A DNA stretch of 40,597 nucleotides from Octopus sinensis (Eukaryota). The stretch covers positions 1-40,597 of the forward strand of contig NW_021835391.1 in assembly GCF_006345805.1 (NCBI RefSeq), written 5' to 3'. Below the pieces are notes generated by a model that worked only from the letters and a program-made list of their open reading frames with translations, did not search any database and was not told where the DNA came from. The position numbers were made by a program, and so were the translations under genes. Shown here piece by piece: positions 37,354-40,597 of the stretch (positions are counted from its first letter, which is position 1; the number at the start of each line of letters is the position of its first letter).

Positions 37354-38265
37354 ATATATACACATTTATACATAAGTATATATATATGTGTGTGTGTACA
37401 CACACATATATACACACGCACACACACATATACACACGCATACATACATACAGACAGACACACACACGCATATATATCTACTCATATGCGCGTACAACCT
37501 GTGCTTAACAACAATGCATTATATGTAGATGTGTATACACGAAGAAATATTCAAGCAAAATATACTTGTTTATCTATAGATAAATAGCTATATGCATACA
37601 CTTGCAAACAAATATGCATGCCACACATATATACGTATATACGTAGTATACATGCTTCGATAGATACTAACGAACTGTTGTGGGCGATTTCTTTTATGTT
37701 TTCTGTCGTACTTGTAAATATACTAGTGCGTGTTAGTATGTACACGCACGCACACGCAGACACACACACGCGCACACAGATAGATAGATAGACAACGATA
37801 CGCAGGCAAAGCCATATACATATATACATACACACATATATATATATATGTATATGTATATATATGTATATATATATATAGTCGATATGTATATATATAT
37901 ATGTGTTATATAATGTATATATATTATATATATATTATATATATTGTAATATATATTTATGTATGTATGTATGTATGTGGTAATATATATATAACATACA
38001 TATACATAGCTTCTACTGTAGATATCCCTTTCTAATCTATCTATAATGTATCTTATCTAGTCTATCTATCTATCTATCTATCTATATATCAATATCAATC
38101 GACACCGACCCACACCCCACTCCACACATCTCCCTTATATGTGTGTGTTTGTGTGTACATATAATAACGTGAACCCGTGACATTTCAATTTCAACATGAA
38201 GGTAACTGCATTTGTTAACAAGCACATTATTGTTGCTGTTGTTATTATTATTATTATTATTATTA

Positions 38266-38306
<41 letters not shown>

Positions 38307-38320
38307 GTTTATTTATACTT
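33000..38320. repeat. Extended microsatellite field ((TA)n, (TG)n, (TATG)n, (GACA)n, (ATT)n) with short unique spacers
   Basis: Directly visible; source of most I/Y/V/C/H/T-rich ORFs in the track. Confidence 0.85.
35165..35720 (+). mobile_element. Older SINE A-like copy with long (TG)n spacer
   Basis: GGCTGTGTGG…CCTTGTGAGTGAATTTGGTAGATGGAAACTG…CCCAGCATGGCCGCAGT. Confidence 0.65.
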
Positions 38321-38479
38321 ATTTATTACGTTCTCCTCTTCAGTGTGAAAGTCTACAATAGGACGTCGTTAAGAACCTCTCATCGGCCATAGCTCTGCGA
38401 ATCTTCTGCCATTTTTTTTAAATGTTGAGATGATGACAAGGAATCTGTCGGACGGTCGTTCGACTGTCGGTCTTCGTCT

Positions 38480-39480
38480 AGTAGTAGTAGTAGTAAGTAG
38501 TAGTAGTAGGTAGTGGTGGTGGTGGTGGTGGTGGTGTTTGTTGTTGTTACGCTTTGCGTCAGTAATGGCGTGTTGTTTGTGAGGTGGTCGTGGTAGAGTT
38601 TCTTGATTTGTTCGTGAGGTTGTTGTAGTTGTTTTCCTTGCTGTCCTTGTTCTTGATTGTGATTGTCGTAGTCATAGTGGTTGGTAGTGGTTGCGGTTGT
38701 TGTTGTGGTGGTGGTGGTGGTGGTGGTCGTTGTCGTCGTAGTAGCTGTGGTAGTGGCAGTTGTGGCTGTCGTTGTGGCCGTGGTCGCGGCCCTCATCACG
38801 ATAGCCCTATATTTGTTGTCGTTATTGTTGCTGTTGCTGTTGTTGTTGTTATTGTTGTTGTTGCTGTTGTTGTGTTGGTGGTGGTGGTGGTGGTGGTGGT
38901 GATGATGGTGATGATGGTGGTGTTGGTAGTTGTGATGGTATCGCCGTCGTCGTCGTCACCGTCGGAGCGATGCTTGTAGTGCTTTATTATTGTTTATTGA
39001 GAACTGGTGGTGGTGGTGGTGGTGGTGCATGGCTGTGATAGCAGTGGTGGTGGTGGTGATGGTGGTGGTGGTGGTGGTGGTGGTGGTGGTGGTGGTGTGG
39101 TGGTGGTGGTGGTGATGGTGGTGGTGGTGATGATGGTGATGGTGATGGCTACTATGGTGTCTTGGTGGTGGTAGTGATGGTGGTGGCGGTGGTGGTGATG
39201 GTGGTGGTGGTGATGATGGTGATGGTGATGGCTACTATGGTGTCTTGGTGGTGGTAGTGATGGTGGTGGTGGTGGTGGTGGTGGTGGTGGTGATGGTGGT
39301 GATGATGATGGTGATGGTGATGGCTACTATGGTGTCTTTGTGATTTTGGTAGTTACTCATGTTGTTTTATTGTTGCTTTCATTGTCGTTGTTGTTGTTGT
39401 TGGTGCTGGCGGTGCTGGTGGTGGCGATGGTAGTGGTAATAGTGTTGCTGGTAGTGTTATTGTTCATGCCATCATCGCTG
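38480..39480. repeat. (GTG/GTT/GAT) cryptic triplet region containing a three-copy minisatellite (83- and 92-bp spacing)
   Basis: CTACTATGGTGTCT at 39149, 39232 and 39324. Confidence 0.85.
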
Positions 39481-39534
39481 TCACTTATTCAATAAAAGAT
39501 TTGCAAATGTTGTAGCGGTGCCCATGTTGTAAAA

Positions 39535-39690
39535 AGCGAAGGCGGTGAATTGACAGAGTCGTTATAACGTTGGAAATAATACATCGCATTTAATTTGATT
39601 CCAGTTCTCTGCACTGTGAGTTCAAATCCCGCCGAGATCACTTCTACGTTTTATCCCTTTCGTGAGCGGAGAGGGGGGGGGCGATAAAAC
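39535..39690 (+). mobile_element. Degenerate SINE family B
   Basis: GGCGGTGAATTGACAGAGTCG…GAGTTCAAATCCCGCCGAG…TTTATCCCTTTCG. Confidence 0.55.
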
Positions 39691-39702
39691 AACAATGGAC
39701 TC

Positions 39703-39908
39703 TTTTACTCTTTTATTCTTTTACTTGTTTCAGACATTTGACTGTGGCCATGCTGGAGCACCGCCTTTTAGTCGAGCAAATTTACACCAGGTCTTATTCT
39801 TTGTAAGCCTAGTACTTATTCTATCGGTTTTTTTTTTGCCGAACCGCTAAGTTACGGGAACGTAAACACACCAGCATCGGTTGTCAAGCGATGTTGAGGG
39901 GGACAAAC

Positions 39909-39949
<41 letters not shown>

Positions 39950-40094
39950 CATATATACGACGGGCTTCTTTCAGTTTCCGTCTACTAAATCCACTCACAA
40001 GGTATTGGTCGGCCCGAGGCTATAGTAGAAGACACTTGCCCAAGGTGCCACGCAGTGGGACTGAACCCGGAACCATTTGGTTGGTAAGCAAGCT
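39703..40094 (-). mobile_element. SINE family A, full length
   Basis: Reverse complement of family A, with intact A- and B-box-like motifs. Confidence 0.9.
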
Positions 40095-40194
40095 ACTTAC
40101 CACACAGCCACTCCTACGGTATTTATTACGGCTCTTCGCATTCTGGCAGCAACGATTATTACGTCATTGAAGCGGCTTTGGGCTTGAGTAAAGG

Positions 40195-40535
40195 TACGTG
40201 GCTTAGTGGCTTAGGTATTTGGTTCACGATTGTAAGGTTGGGAGTTCGATTCCTGTCAGCACATTGTCTCCTTGAGCAAGACACTTTATTTCACCCTTGT
40301 TCCTGTCCACTCAGCTGGCAAAAATGAGGAATACCTTTATTCCAAATTGGCCAGCCTTGTCACTTTCTGTGTCGCATTGGATTTCTTTGGGAATTATGTT
40401 ATGGATACGTATGTTCCGTGGAATGCTCAGCCACTACATATTAATTTCACGAACGAGCTGTTCCGTTGCTCGGATCAATTCGAACCCTGATCGTCGTAAC
40501 CAACGGAGTACCAATTGTATCGGCCCAAGCCGCTG
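40195..40535 (+). mobile_element. SINE family D
   Basis: tRNA-like head GTGGCTTAGTGG…GAGTTCGATTCC, body CCTTGAGCAAGACACTTTATTTCAC, tail related to the 31859 copy. Confidence 0.75.
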
Positions 40536-40597
40536 AGCTTTCTTTCCGCTAAACTTCAATATGATTGAGTGAGAATGCTTGTAGCATGGCAACAGAT

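Noticed and set aside
39120-39345. Minisatellite translating as Pro/His-rich repeats on the minus strand
   Set aside because: Unit spacings of 83 and 92 bp are not multiples of three, so no frame is maintained.

Overview
This is repeat-dominated eukaryotic non-coding DNA (intergenic or a large intron). I recognised no host protein-coding exon, rRNA, tRNA gene or CRISPR array. Nearly all ORFs in the track are translations of microsatellites or low-complexity tracts. The very dense (TA)n/(TG)n/(GATA)n/(TATG)n/(ATT)n tracts and the tRNA-derived SINE families resemble octopod cephalopod (Octopus-like) DNA; this is pattern recognition, not a database result. Supported content: (1) at least four tRNA-headed SINE families (labelled A-D here), about 25 copies or fragments, several with clear target-site duplications (TSDs). 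(2) A 5'-truncated, frameshifted R4/Dong-type non-LTR retrotransposon (RT, CCHC knuckle, restriction-like endonuclease) at 26272-28164 sitting in (TAA)n, a second diverged R4/Dong 3' fragment, and a non-coding element family that is also flanked by TAA. (3) An RTE-clade LINE remnant split by a SINE trimer. (4) Penelope-like remnants, one carrying an apparently intact type I hammerhead ribozyme (2612-2710, minus strand), plus three decayed hammerhead-like motifs. (5) A Tc1/mariner (maT-like) deletion derivative with 19-bp TIR cores, a hAT-like MITE and two rolling-circle-type non-autonomous elements. The most interesting signals are the hammerhead, the set of TAA-flanked elements, the recurrent SINE-into-SINE junctions at one fixed motif, and a multi-level nest of elements at 1.5-5 kb. 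Coordinates were read by hand and element edges may be off by several bases.
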